Source of the DNA: Calditrichia bacterium
GTDB lineage: Bacteria; Calditrichota; Calditrichia; JAJRVZ01
Assembly (NCBI GenBank): GCA_963796965.1
Contig: CAWCNS010000007.1
Span: 896,001 to 960,000, forward strand
DNA length: 64,000 nt
Direction of reading: 5' to 3'
Within the stretch, counting starts at the first letter, position 1. Every line of letters begins with the position of its first letter. The notes beneath the pieces are model-generated. The model was not told the origin of the DNA and ran no database searches. It saw nothing but the letters and a program-made list of their open reading frames with translations. Shown piece after piece: positions 44,641 through 54,822 of the stretch. A program made the position numbers and the translations under genes.

Positions 44641-47600
44641 ATGAAAACCTTTATTCATCTACATACGCATAGTTATTTTAGTTTTCTTGATGGTATTTGC
44701 AGTCCGGAAGAGTTAATACTCAGGGCTAAAAAATCTGGTATGAAGACCATAGCTCTCACTGACCATAATGGTCTTTATGGCACCGTCGAATTTTACCAGA
44801 AAGCCAAGGAATTTGGTATAAAACCGATTATTGGTTCCGAAATTTCTCTTGGAAATGATGGCACACTTCTTTTTCTTGTAAAAAACGAGACGGGTTATCG
44901 TAACCTCTCACAACTCATCTCAATTGCGCGTTTGAAGGGGGGACACCTTAAATTTAAATGTGGTTTATCAGAGATTCAGAAATACAAAGAAGGCCTTATT
45001 GTACTCTCCGGCGGTCTTAAAGGTAAAATTACCAACCTTTTGAAATCGCGGGATATCACATCTGCTATCGAATGGAGCAAACGGTTGCAGAATATATTTG
45101 AAGATAATTTTTACCTGGAAATGCAGCATTTCTCGGGACAAGACAATTTGTTAAATCTGCGTCTCCGGGATCTTTCTTTAGAACAAAAGATTCCCCTTGT
45201 AGCGACCAATGATGTACATTTTATAACGGCAAATGATTGGCCGCTTCGCCGCATCATGCATGCCATAGATCAAAACACAGTTTTAGAGCAGATCAAGACA
45301 GCAGGCTATTCGGAGCAATATTTAAAATCTCCCGCTCAAATGCACGAGTTATTCAAGTCCTTTCCTACAGCACTTTCAAACAGTGCAAAAATAGGCCGGC
45401 AATGTAACTTTGAATTTCAGTTGGGCCGCCCCATATTTCCTTCTCTTGAATTGCCAGAGGGAGAAAGCAGTTTTTCATATTTATGGAAAAAGTGTTTTAA
45501 AGGGGCCACCCTCCGTTACCAACCTATCACACAAGAAGTGATCAAACGTCTCGAGTATGAGTTGAAAACAATTCATGAACTGGGCTTTAGTGAGTATTTT
45601 CTTATTGTAAAGGAGATTGTTAATTATTGCCGCCAGGAAAACATTCCTTGTGTGGGGCGTGGATCGGCTGCTGACAGTCTGGTATCCTACGTTCTTGGTA
45701 TCACCCAGGTAGATCCTTTACGCCATAATTTGTATTTTGAGAGGTTTCTTAACCCTCAGAGAAAAGAACCGCCCGACATCGATCTGGATCTTTGCTGGCG
45801 GAATCGCGACCGTGTATTAGAATTCGTCTACAAAAAATTTGGGTCCGACCGCGTTGCGATGATTTGCACCTATAATACGTTTCAAAACCGTTCTGCCATC
45901 CGCGATGTGGCAAAAACATACGGGTTACCTGAGGATGAAATCGCTAAAATAACAAAGCACCTGCCCCACCATGCAATTGACCGGTTAGAATCTGTAATCA
46001 ACTCGCTTCCTGAACTTCGTGAAATACGTTATAACCTTCCGGTTTATGAAGAAATTATGCGCCTGGCGCAGAGAATAGCTGACTTTCCCCGCCATTTGTC
46101 AATCCATCCGGGTGGCGTGATTATCGCCCCGGATAAAATTACTCATTATACTCCCTTAGAAGTGGCCGGCAAAGGCCTAGTTATTTCTCAATACGATATG
46201 TATTCTATAGAAAAACTGGGTTTGGTTAAAATGGATTTACTCGGCGTTCGCTCCTTGAGTATCATTACTGATTGTATGAAATCTGTGAAAGAGAGGAGTC
46301 GTAATCATGAGCAACAAACCAGTCCAGAGCCGAAAGAAACTCTCAGAACAGCAAAAAACACTGACCGTCCTGATCTGCAGTTTTTGCTAAAAAACGCTGA
46401 AGAACTCTCCCCTCTTGATCTGCGCACTATTCCTGAAGATGATCCACAGGTTACTCAATTTATCCGCAGTGGTAATACCATGGGATGTTTCCAGTTGGAA
46501 AGTCCGGCCATGCGCGGGCTACTTAAAAAAATGCAAATACAAAATGTAAATGATGTCATTGCGGCCGTAGCTCTGATACGCCCAGGTGCGGCAGGAAGCG
46601 GCATGAAAGATGTCTATATCCGTCGAAGGGCAGGATTGGAAAAAACAACCTATCTCCACCCTACCCTTGCCCCAGCACTTGATGAGACATACGGTGTTAT
46701 TATATATCAGGAGCAGGTTCTACGTGTTGCCCATTTTGTCGCTGGACTCACACTCAGTCAGGCCGATACCTTACGCCGGGCCATGACAAAATCGCGTACA
46801 AAAAAAGAATTCATGTCGATTTATAAAGATTTTATAAATGGGGCTTTACTCGCGGTCTTAACAATGATCAGGCGGAAACCGTTTGGAAATTCCTTTCCCA
46901 GTTTGTCGGTTACGGATTTAATAAAGCCCATTCCGCAACTTATGGTACAATCGCCTATCAGACTGCATTCCTAAAATTTTATTTTCCTACCGAATATATG
47001 TGTGCCGTATTAAATAACCAGGGAGGATTTTATTCACGCATGGCCTATATCGAGGAAGCCCGCCGAATGGGGATATCATTATTACCACCGGATATCGGCC
47101 ACTCCGATAAATACTTCACCTGTGAGGGGGGGGCCATTCGCACCGGCCTTGGTCCCGTCTTTGAACTTACTAATGCAACTATCAAAAAAGTCCTTCTGGA
47201 AAGATCCAAGCGACCATTCTCCAATCTTTTTGACTTCCTTGCCCGTACCGCAGCAGGTGAAAAAGAAACAGCCCATCTGATAAAAGCCGGTGCACTCCAA
47301 TCACTTCATCCAAGTGCGCCTCAATTATTAGTTTTGAATAAAATATTTTTTAAAAACAAGAAAAAAAAAGTGATGACAGAATATGTCACAGCAGAATTGG
47401 ATCTTCCTCCTTATACACCCAATCAAAAAACTTTGAATGAAATGGAGATATTAGATTTTGGGGTTCAGGCTCACCCCATAACTCTGTTTGAAGATCAAAT
47501 TGACTGGGCACTGATTACTTCTTCTAGTCAGATCGAGTATTTTAAAAACAAAACGATACAGATCTGCGGATGGCTGGTAACTTCCCGACGTGTACGTACC

Positions 47601-47867
47601 AATAAAGACCAATATATGAAGTTTCTCACTCTCGAAGACAGACATGGACTTTGTGAGGTGGTGCTTTTTCCTGAAACTTATGAAAATTTCGGTCATCTTG
47701 TACGCACCCACGGTCCCTATATCATTACCGGTAAAGTCCAATCTCGTTTACCCGGAGAGGCGAATTTGATTGCAGAAAGAGTTGAGATTGTGATTCTGGG
47801 TAAGAGTGATTTAGAAGGTGTGCTGCAAAAAAAAACGCCACCCACCTGGGATGGCGTTTATGTTTAA
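44641..47867 (+). CDS. dnaE2: Error-prone DNA polymerase III alpha subunit, DnaE2-type (frameshift near 46848)
   Basis: PHP HLHTHS/TDH/TNDVH, GRGSAA, PDIDLD, KMDLLG; shifted frame gives YGFNKAHS and joins ORF 46998..47867 (OB fold); SOS context. Confidence 0.88.
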
Positions 47868-48122
47868 AAATATCAGAAACCGCAGAGATGCAAAGGAGGC
47901 GCAAAGTTCGCAAAGATTCAAAATTCTTGATCCACGAATTACACTAATTAAAACGAATTTGACGAATTATATTATGTAATTATAATTATTTCTATTAATG
48001 ATAAGAAAATAATAATTCTTATCAGGCGCTGCCTGATCCGGTGAAGCCAAATAATTCGTGGCCCATTTAATTCTTTTTTCTTTTGCTCTTATTCCTTGCG
48101 TGCTTGCGTTTAAATAAAAAAA

Positions 48123-48710
48123 CTACTTTTGAATAAGTTCCACATTAATATTAATATCGACCTCTTTACTAATTAAGAATCCACCTGTTTCAAGGGCCTT
48201 ATTGTAGGTTAAATTATAATCGTAGCGATCAATTGTGGTCCGCACCTTAAATCCTGCCCGTGTACCGCCCCAGGGATCTTTAATAACACCGGTTAATGTT
48301 GCATCAAGAACGACATCTTTGGTAACACCATTCATTGAAAATTTGCCGGATATCTTATACTTCTTATCACCTACTTTCTCGAATGACGTGCTCTTAAAGG
48401 TTATTTCAGGATTTTTCTCAGCATCAAAGAAATCCGCAGAACGCAAGTGTTTATCGCGTTTTTCATTGTCAGTGAAAATACTGGCGGTTTTAATAACAAG
48501 ATTCACTTCACTACCGGAAAAATCATCGGAACTTGATGTAAAGGAACCATCAAATTCCTTGAAACGGCCTGTAACATCTGAGACAACCAAATGAGTAATA
48601 CTGAAACCAATGTTAGTATGGGCCAGATCATACTTCCATTCTGTCGCCTGCACAAAAACCGGTAAACTTAAAATCATTACCGTAAATAATGATAAACTTA
48701 ATCTTTTCAT
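48123..48710 (-). CDS. YceI family protein
   Basis: Signal peptide MKRLSL, HTNIGF..H, RDKHLRSADFFD, DPWGG; GGAG RBS before ATG 48710. Confidence 0.92.
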   Translation of the reverse strand: MKRLSLSLFTVMILSLPVFVQATEWKYDLAHTNIGFSITHLVVSDVTGRFKEFDGSFTSSSDDFSGSEVNLVIKTASIFTDNEKRDKHLRSADFFDAEKNPEITFKSTSFEKVGDKKYKISGKFSMNGVTKDVVLDATLTGVIKDPWGGTRAGFKVRTTIDRYDYNLTYNKALETGGFLISKEVDININVELIQK

Positions 48711-48733
48711 TCTAATCTCCTTAATTATTATTT

Positions 48734-49300
48734 GGTAGTGTAAAAAACAACCACAGAGTACACGGAGTAATTTATTAATTTTATTTGAGTTAATACCGTT
48801 TCTCATTATCTCCCTCTGTGATCTCTAATATTATATGACTCTCCTTATTCCCTCTTTTAATTTGTCGACATTAAATTGATCAATAGTCCAACTCTGTAGA
48901 TTTTCTGCTTTCAGATAAGTCATCACCTGAGAGATATGAATATTTTTAATTGCTTCAACACATTTTAATTCAACAATCACCTTGTTTTCGATCAAATATT
49001 CTAATCGATAATTACCAATAGGATTGCCCTTATATTCAATCTCGAGTTGTTTCTGTCTTTTATACTCAATTCCCCGTGACTTTAACTCATGCTCCATGGC
49101 TTCTTCATATAAATTTTCCAATAAACCTGGTCCAAGTAAAGAATGAACTTTCCCGATAAATCGGGACACAGGTGATTATTTTTTCAGTAATATCTTTGAG
49201 AGGATATTCGTTAGGAGTTCTCAGAGTATTTCTCTGTGGCCTCTGTGGTTTCATCTTTTAATCCAATTTTTCATTTTTTCATAGACCTTTTGACACTACC
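48734..49300. mobile_element. Non-autonomous TIR element (MITE-like) carrying a GxxExxY gene
   Basis: Ends GGTAGTGTAAAAA / TTTTGACACTACC (12/13 inverted match); flanked by 8-bp direct repeat TATTATTT (48726-48733, 49301-49308); no transposase. Confidence 0.8.
48831..49210 (-). pseudogene. GxxExxY protein (PD-(D/E)XK nuclease-like), disrupted
   Basis: GPGLLENLYE motif, VELKCV, QVMTYLK; N-terminus EYPLKDITEKII out of frame at a 16-bp palindrome; compensating indels near the C-terminus. Confidence 0.75.
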
Positions 49301-49619
49301 TATTATTTTGTAGATAATTTTATATATGCGATTAAACAAATTTTTGTTTCAATCATAGTAGTGAACTGTATTTGCGCTTATAGTATTCCCACAAAATATT
49401 TCCAAAAGCAAATTACAGGTTAATCAGTTTGTACACATTGGAAGTATAAATGATATCCGGATATCAGAGCAGGATACGGGACGCGAAAATCCAAATGAAG
49501 ATAGAGATTCCTTCAATCCGGCTTGCATTTAACAAAGAAATCTCTGAAATTTTACCACAATCTTTTTTGTCTAATTTGTGCTGATCATAGTACAGGAAAA
49601 AAACCGGTAGGAGCAAGAA

Positions 49620-50600
49620 ATGCCAAGTTTAGAAACAAAATATATGAATCTTAAAATAAAGAACCCCATTATCGTTGCCAGCAGTGGTCTTACAAGTTCT
49701 GTCGAAAAGATTGTTGACTGTGAAAAAGCCGGTGCAGGTGCCGTTATTATAAAAAGCCTGTTTGAAGAAGTATTAGCGCAAGAAGATTGGGGTTTGAGTG
49801 AAGCAGCACCTTACCATCCTGAAGCACATGACTACTTAAATGCAGAAATACAAATGCAATATGGTCCCAATGCTTATTGTGACCTTATTTCAGAAGCCAA
49901 AGAAAAAGTAAATATTCCAGTAATTGCCAGTATTAACTGTATATCCGCCAAGTGGTGGTCTGAATTTGCTATTAAGGTCGAGAATGCAGGCGCAGATGGA
50001 CTTGAGTTAAACGTCTTTAATATTCCCACCGACCCGGAAATGAATGGATCAACAATAGAAAAAATATATTATGATGTATTGGAAACTGTTAAAGCTAAAG
50101 TCAAAATTCCTATCGCTATGAAAATTAGCCGAAACTTCACCTCTCTGCCTTTTCTGGTTACCCAACTTGACCGCAAGGGTCTAGATGGGATTGTTTTATT
50201 TAACCGCTTTACTGAACCGGATATAGATATCCATAATCTAAAAATGAAAACTACATTTTCATTTAGTACCCAGGAAGAAATTCACACGATTTTACGCTGG
50301 GTTGCTTTACTCTCAGAAGGATTATCCTGCGATATATCAGCCACCACTGGAATCCACACCGCTGAAGGCGTTATTAAACTTATTCTGGCTGGCGCTTCGA
50401 CGGTACAACTGGCCTCTGTTCTCTACAAAAATGGTTTGGATCATATTAGTAAAATGGTTACAGAAATAGAGAAATGGATGACGACTTATCAATTAGATAC
50501 GGTAGATGACTTCAAAGGAAAGGTTGGATTCTCTCCCGAATATGATCCTGAAGTTTATTTAAGGGCACAGTTTATGGAGAAAGTGAGAGGAGTTGAGTAA
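49620..50600 (+). CDS. Dihydroorotate dehydrogenase-like flavoprotein
   Basis: KNPIIVASS, KSLFEE, IASINC, LELN, LFNRF, ATTGIH, AGASTVQ. Confidence 0.85.
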   Translation: MPSLETKYMNLKIKNPIIVASSGLTSSVEKIVDCEKAGAGAVIIKSLFEEVLAQEDWGLSEAAPYHPEAHDYLNAEIQMQYGPNAYCDLISEAKEKVNIPVIASINCISAKWWSEFAIKVENAGADGLELNVFNIPTDPEMNGSTIEKIYYDVLETVKAKVKIPIAMKISRNFTSLPFLVTQLDRKGLDGIVLFNRFTEPDIDIHNLKMKTTFSFSTQEEIHTILRWVALLSEGLSCDISATTGIHTAEGVIKLILAGASTVQLASVLYKNGLDHISKMVTEIEKWMTTYQLDTVDDFKGKVGFSPEYDPEVYLRAQFMEKVRGVE

Positions 50601-50626
50601 AGATTAATATTAGTCTTTTATGGCCT

Positions 50627-51189
50627 CTATAGACTGGATTCGAGAAAACCAACTAAGATCGAATCCTCCATTGCATTTTGTCCATTTGAGGTATTTAATA
50701 GATGCAACGTGTCAAGAACATAGAGATTTGTATTCTCATAGGCTTCAGTCTGGCCTGAATAGTCAATCTCCATCCACCAAAACCCAGAACTACTTTTTAC
50801 TCCCGATAAAAATATAAATAATAACATAATGATTGCAAATCCACTTATTGCTTGATAAACAGGTATTCTAAATGTAAAAAGAGATTGTATCCAGTCTACA
50901 TAATCGATCCCTTCCCTTCCTGTTTATATGTTTCTTTAATTCAATATAGTTTTGGATATTTCTTTGTATTCTCGGATCTGCCTTTAATCCTAGATCTGGG
51001 GGGCTCTTGAAATATTTTCTCAAAGAAGTAATCGAACGATAAAAATGTTTACAATCGTTACAGGAATTTATATGAGCAGCTGATATCGGGAAAATCGTCT
51101 AACCCGGTATTGCTTTCCATAAATTCATGAATTTTATCCCGGATATCAGAACATATACCGTTTGGGATTCTATCTGACTTATGCGTCAT
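50627..51189 (-). CDS. Probable zinc-binding (ZAS) anti-sigma factor, frameshifted
   Basis: Starts overlapping the sigma stop; HINSCNDC (HxxxCxxC) in shifted frame; TM segment downstream. Confidence 0.6.
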
Positions 51190-51781
51190 TTGACACCTCT
51201 ATTTCATTTGGATCAAATTCTTTTAACTTTGCAGCTAAACTTCGGGTTATATAATGAAGTCTTGATTTAATTGTACCCGGGGAACAATCCTGAATAATAG
51301 CAATTTCAGATATGGAGTAATTCTCCTGAAATCGAAGTATAAAGGTTGTTTTTCGTTCCACATCCATTTGTGATAGTTCATTCTGGATAGCTTCCTCAAA
51401 CATATTTTGCTCTAATAGTTGTTCCTGATTTTTCTCATCCCATTCATGGCGGTCCATATCCACATCATTTTCAACAACTTCGCGGACCTTTTTACTGCGA
51501 TATTCATTTTTACATAAATTTGAGGCTATCGTATATATCCATGTCGAGAATTTATGGCTTGAATCAAACTGATAGGATTTATCGATAACCTTGAGAAACA
51601 CTTCCTGCAGCAGGTCCTGAGCCTTCTCCTCATTTCCACCCATCATGCGGTACAAATAGTATAATAGTTTTTGATTATATCTATTATAGAGTTCTTTTAA
51701 ACCAGCTGTTTTACCAGATGCAACAAGCGTCATCAATTGTTCATCATTTAAATTGGTATAAGTGCTAATCCATTTTAACAT
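51179..51781 (-). CDS. ECF RNA polymerase sigma-70 factor
   Basis: DEQLM, AQDLLQEVF, FSTWIYTIASN, EIA..GTIKSRL. Confidence 0.92.
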   Translation of the reverse strand: MLKWISTYTNLNDEQLMTLVASGKTAGLKELYNRYNQKLLYYLYRMMGGNEEKAQDLLQEVFLKVIDKSYQFDSSHKFSTWIYTIASNLCKNEYRSKKVREVVENDVDMDRHEWDEKNQEQLLEQNMFEEAIQNELSQMDVERKTTFILRFQENYSISEIAIIQDCSPGTIKSRLHYITRSLAAKLKEFDPNEIEVSNDA

Positions 51782-51805
51782 ATATGAAGCCGACCCGTAA
51801 TCAAA

Positions 51806-52976
51806 TTACTGCCAATTAAGTTCATCAATATGTTTGATGAATTTCTTATTCCCTGCTTTTTCTGCAAGATGTAAGGCTTTTTCTTTCCACCTTTGTGCTT
51901 CCTGATGGTGTCCTGATTCATGGTAAACTTCCGCTAATTTCAAAAAAGCAACAACATAATTTATATGTAACCGATCTAATCCGGTTTTAACCAAATACGT
52001 ATCGCTATACCAGTCGTACTTAAGATAATCCAGGCGTAGATTATTGTCCAGGTTATCTTTTATACGCGCTATATTATCAAATCGTTTCGTGCTATATTTA
52101 AAAGCTAAACCAACAAGGTACAGGTTCTCTTTTATATCTTTTGTACTTTCGCTATATACGGTTGCTGCAGTATACACGGGATTCTTAGGATAGTTTTTTG
52201 TTAATGCATTTGCACATTCTGCAAGAAATACATTCATTTTTTTATGTGAAAATGATTGTACATCCAATTCAATACCCTTTTCGGATAGCATACGTTTAAA
52301 ATAATCACGATCTACAAAGGTAAGATGTAGATTCATAACTAATACATCCCTCCTTATGCCAAAATTATTTTGAAGAACCCAGGCCGGATAACTATCATTA
52401 TCTCCATTTGTAAAGAGTATGGCATTTTTCTCAGTTGAAGCCAGTACATTGTAATTATAGTTTAATAGACCGGGAGAAATGTCTCTTGTCTCGTATAGTT
52501 CGGAACAGTACTGTTTAAGTTTTTCCGCATCCCCTTTCTTTTCATAATGAGCAATAAACTCATATAAAGCATCAGGGCGTTTTGGATCTACTGCATATGC
52601 CTTTTCTAACAGACTGATATCGCGCTCGCCATTATAATATTTTAAGTAATTATACTCATATGAATCAGGAATATATTCTCCCATTTTTGCTAAGATCTCA
52701 CCCGTTACCTGTTTATAGTTTTCAGCATCTCCCTGCCATATCGAATATCTTGTAGCCATGAAATAGTTATACCAGGCATTGACATCCCTTCGATTTTCCT
52801 CGACTTGTTTCTTCCATAAAATTGATTGTTCCTCATACCATTGATGAGATTTCTCAACATAGATAAACCGATATACTTTTTCTGGTTTCACTGTAGTAGT
52901 GGTGGCATCTGAGCAAGCTGAAAACTGTGGCTATGATAACTACAAAGATAACGGATATTACTTTTACAGTTCTCAT
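51806..52976 (-). CDS. Exported hypothetical helical/TPR-like protein (frameshift in signal region)
   Basis: 361-aa ORF 51806..52891; signal peptide MRTVKVISVIFVVIIA from ATG 52976 in another frame; FTNGDNDSYP motif. Confidence 0.6.
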
Positions 52977-53269
52977 AATTGTCCTCTCGGCTGATTATAT
53001 TTATATTTTGCTTACACTATGATACACGGCATTTGAGCAAAGGTTCACTGCCCAGCCAAATGACCTTGCATTTAATATACCTACTTAATATTTTGGCATA
53101 AATAAATTGAATTCTCTTATATTTCTATCAGATCAGCTCAGTCGGCAATAGTTCTATGAAAAAATGAAATAAAGGAATGATAAGACGAAACCACAGAGTA
53201 CACAGGGGGGAATAAATTCGTTTAAGTAAATAAATATTAAATACTTACTCAGTGTACTTGTATGTTTAA

Positions 53270-53460
53270 AGTTAAAAGATTTAACTAACACTTTACTTGT
53301 TTATGTTTTATAAAACCTAGATAATCTGGCATGTAAGGAGGTCCGTGTCCTGGTCTCGGAGACCGTCACAGAGTTTCTTCCCGCTGCCAGATAAAAGTCG
53401 GTTAATAACTTGGCACTAAGATGCCGTATTTTTACAAGGCTGATGATGTCTGGTTTTACA
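53270..53460 (+). ncRNA. IS110 bridge RNA with target-binding and donor-binding loops (ends approximate)
   Basis: LTG CCGTGTCCT 53343-53351, RTG CACAGAG 53367-53373, LDG TTAATAACT 53402-53410, RDG TACAAG 53433-53438; each guide pair flanks a hairpin. Confidence 0.85.
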
Positions 53461-53484
53461 TTTAACAAGTAAAGGAGTCATTAT

Positions 53485-54822
53485 ATGTCCAACTATTATC
53501 TAGGCTGCGATGTAAGTAAAGGTTATGCCGACTTTATCATCTTAGACAGTGACAAAATAGTTATTGAGCCTGTCTTTCAGTTAGATGATACTTTTGAAGG
53601 GCATAACCAGTTTTATCACTTTATCCGTGATTTTTTCAAACGATACCCAGGATCGAACCTATTCTCTGCTGTCGAAAGTACTGGCGGACTTGAGAATAAC
53701 TGGCTGGCCCTGTTTAAACGTTTATCTGATATAATGAACATAAAGTCTACCAGAATAAACCCGGTCGGCCCAAATGCGCTTCATAAAGCATCATTAGAAC
53801 GCAATAGTGATGATGCTATAAGTGCAAAGTTCATTGCCGAATATTTGATCACTTATCCTAAAAAAGTGAATTATAATGCTGACGACCCATACATTTCCCT
53901 AAGAAAACAATGGTCTCTTATTGAAATGTATAAAAAACAAAAAACACAACTTTTAAATCAACTGAATATTCTCCTTTATACGTCAATGCCATTTTTAATG
54001 AAACATATCAAAGATGGAATTCCAAATTGGATATTACTCCTGCTTAAGACATATCCTTCATCAGCTAAATTAATCAGAACCAGGGAGACGACCCTGGCAA
54101 AGATTCCTTATATATCATATAATCGGGCTTGCGCTCTTATTTCCGATGCTAAGCAAAGTGTCGGCTCTATTGATGATCAAACAACCGCTTTTATTATTAA
54201 ATCTACTGTCGAACAGATCTTACATCTCAAAAATAAGATTGAGCAACATAAAAAGTATATGATAACTCACTGTGATCTGCCGGAAGTGAATCTTTTGCTA
54301 TCATTTAAAGGTATCGGCATTTATTCAGCCATCGGCCTTATCCTCAACATCCTTGCTGTCGAACGTTTTCCATCAGCAAAACATCTGGCTTCCTATTTCG
54401 GTGTTCATCCTGTATATAAGATTAGCGGCGATGGGAAAGGTGCTTTTCGGATGAGTAAAAAAGGTCGAAGTGTACCCAGACAAATTCTTTACATGGTAGC
54501 CCGCAGCAGCATAGTTTACAATCCCTTAATCAAGGAAGTCTATATTAATCACTTAAAAAGAGGCAATGTTAAATCATCAGCTCTTGGTGTATGCATGCAT
54601 AAGGTACTGCGTATCGTCTTTGGAATGTTGAAACATCAAAAAGAATTTGATCCGGAAATAGATAGGCAAAACAGGAATAAAACCAGAATTGTGAAAAATA
54701 GAAGTTCTAATTCCAATTTAAAACGTCGCTATCAGGAAAAATCAGAGGATGCTCCTGTTTCTAAAAGACAAAGCATTAAAAGAAGGAAGAGAAAACAGTC
54801 CCAAAACCTACTTGAGGTTTAG
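53485..54822 (+). CDS. IS110 family recombinase/transposase
   Basis: LGCDVSK, AVESTG, SDDAISA RuvC-like domain; FKGIG, YFGVHP..ISG catalytic Ser, MSKKG; AAGGAG RBS. Confidence 0.95.
   Translation: MSNYYLGCDVSKGYADFIILDSDKIVIEPVFQLDDTFEGHNQFYHFIRDFFKRYPGSNLFSAVESTGGLENNWLALFKRLSDIMNIKSTRINPVGPNALHKASLERNSDDAISAKFIAEYLITYPKKVNYNADDPYISLRKQWSLIEMYKKQKTQLLNQLNILLYTSMPFLMKHIKDGIPNWILLLLKTYPSSAKLIRTRETTLAKIPYISYNRACALISDAKQSVGSIDDQTTAFIIKSTVEQILHLKNKIEQHKKYMITHCDLPEVNLLLSFKGIGIYSAIGLILNILAVERFPSAKHLASYFGVHPVYKISGDGKGAFRMSKKGRSVPRQILYMVARSSIVYNPLIKEVYINHLKRGNVKSSALGVCMHKVLRIVFGMLKHQKEFDPEIDRQNRNKTRIVKNRSSNSNLKRRYQEKSEDAPVSKRQSIKRRKRKQSQNLLEV

Noticed and set aside
46840..46998. Programmed frameshift or natural split in dnaE2 (and polA at about 7920)
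   Set aside because: No clear slippery heptamer, and similar breaks occur in many unrelated genes, favouring sequencing error
48711..48806. Longer N-terminus of YceI
   Set aside because: Runs into the MITE end; RBS and signal peptide support ATG 48710
49421..49436. Fourth LexA box (GTTTGTACAC)
   Set aside because: Only the right half-site; the left half reads TAATCA
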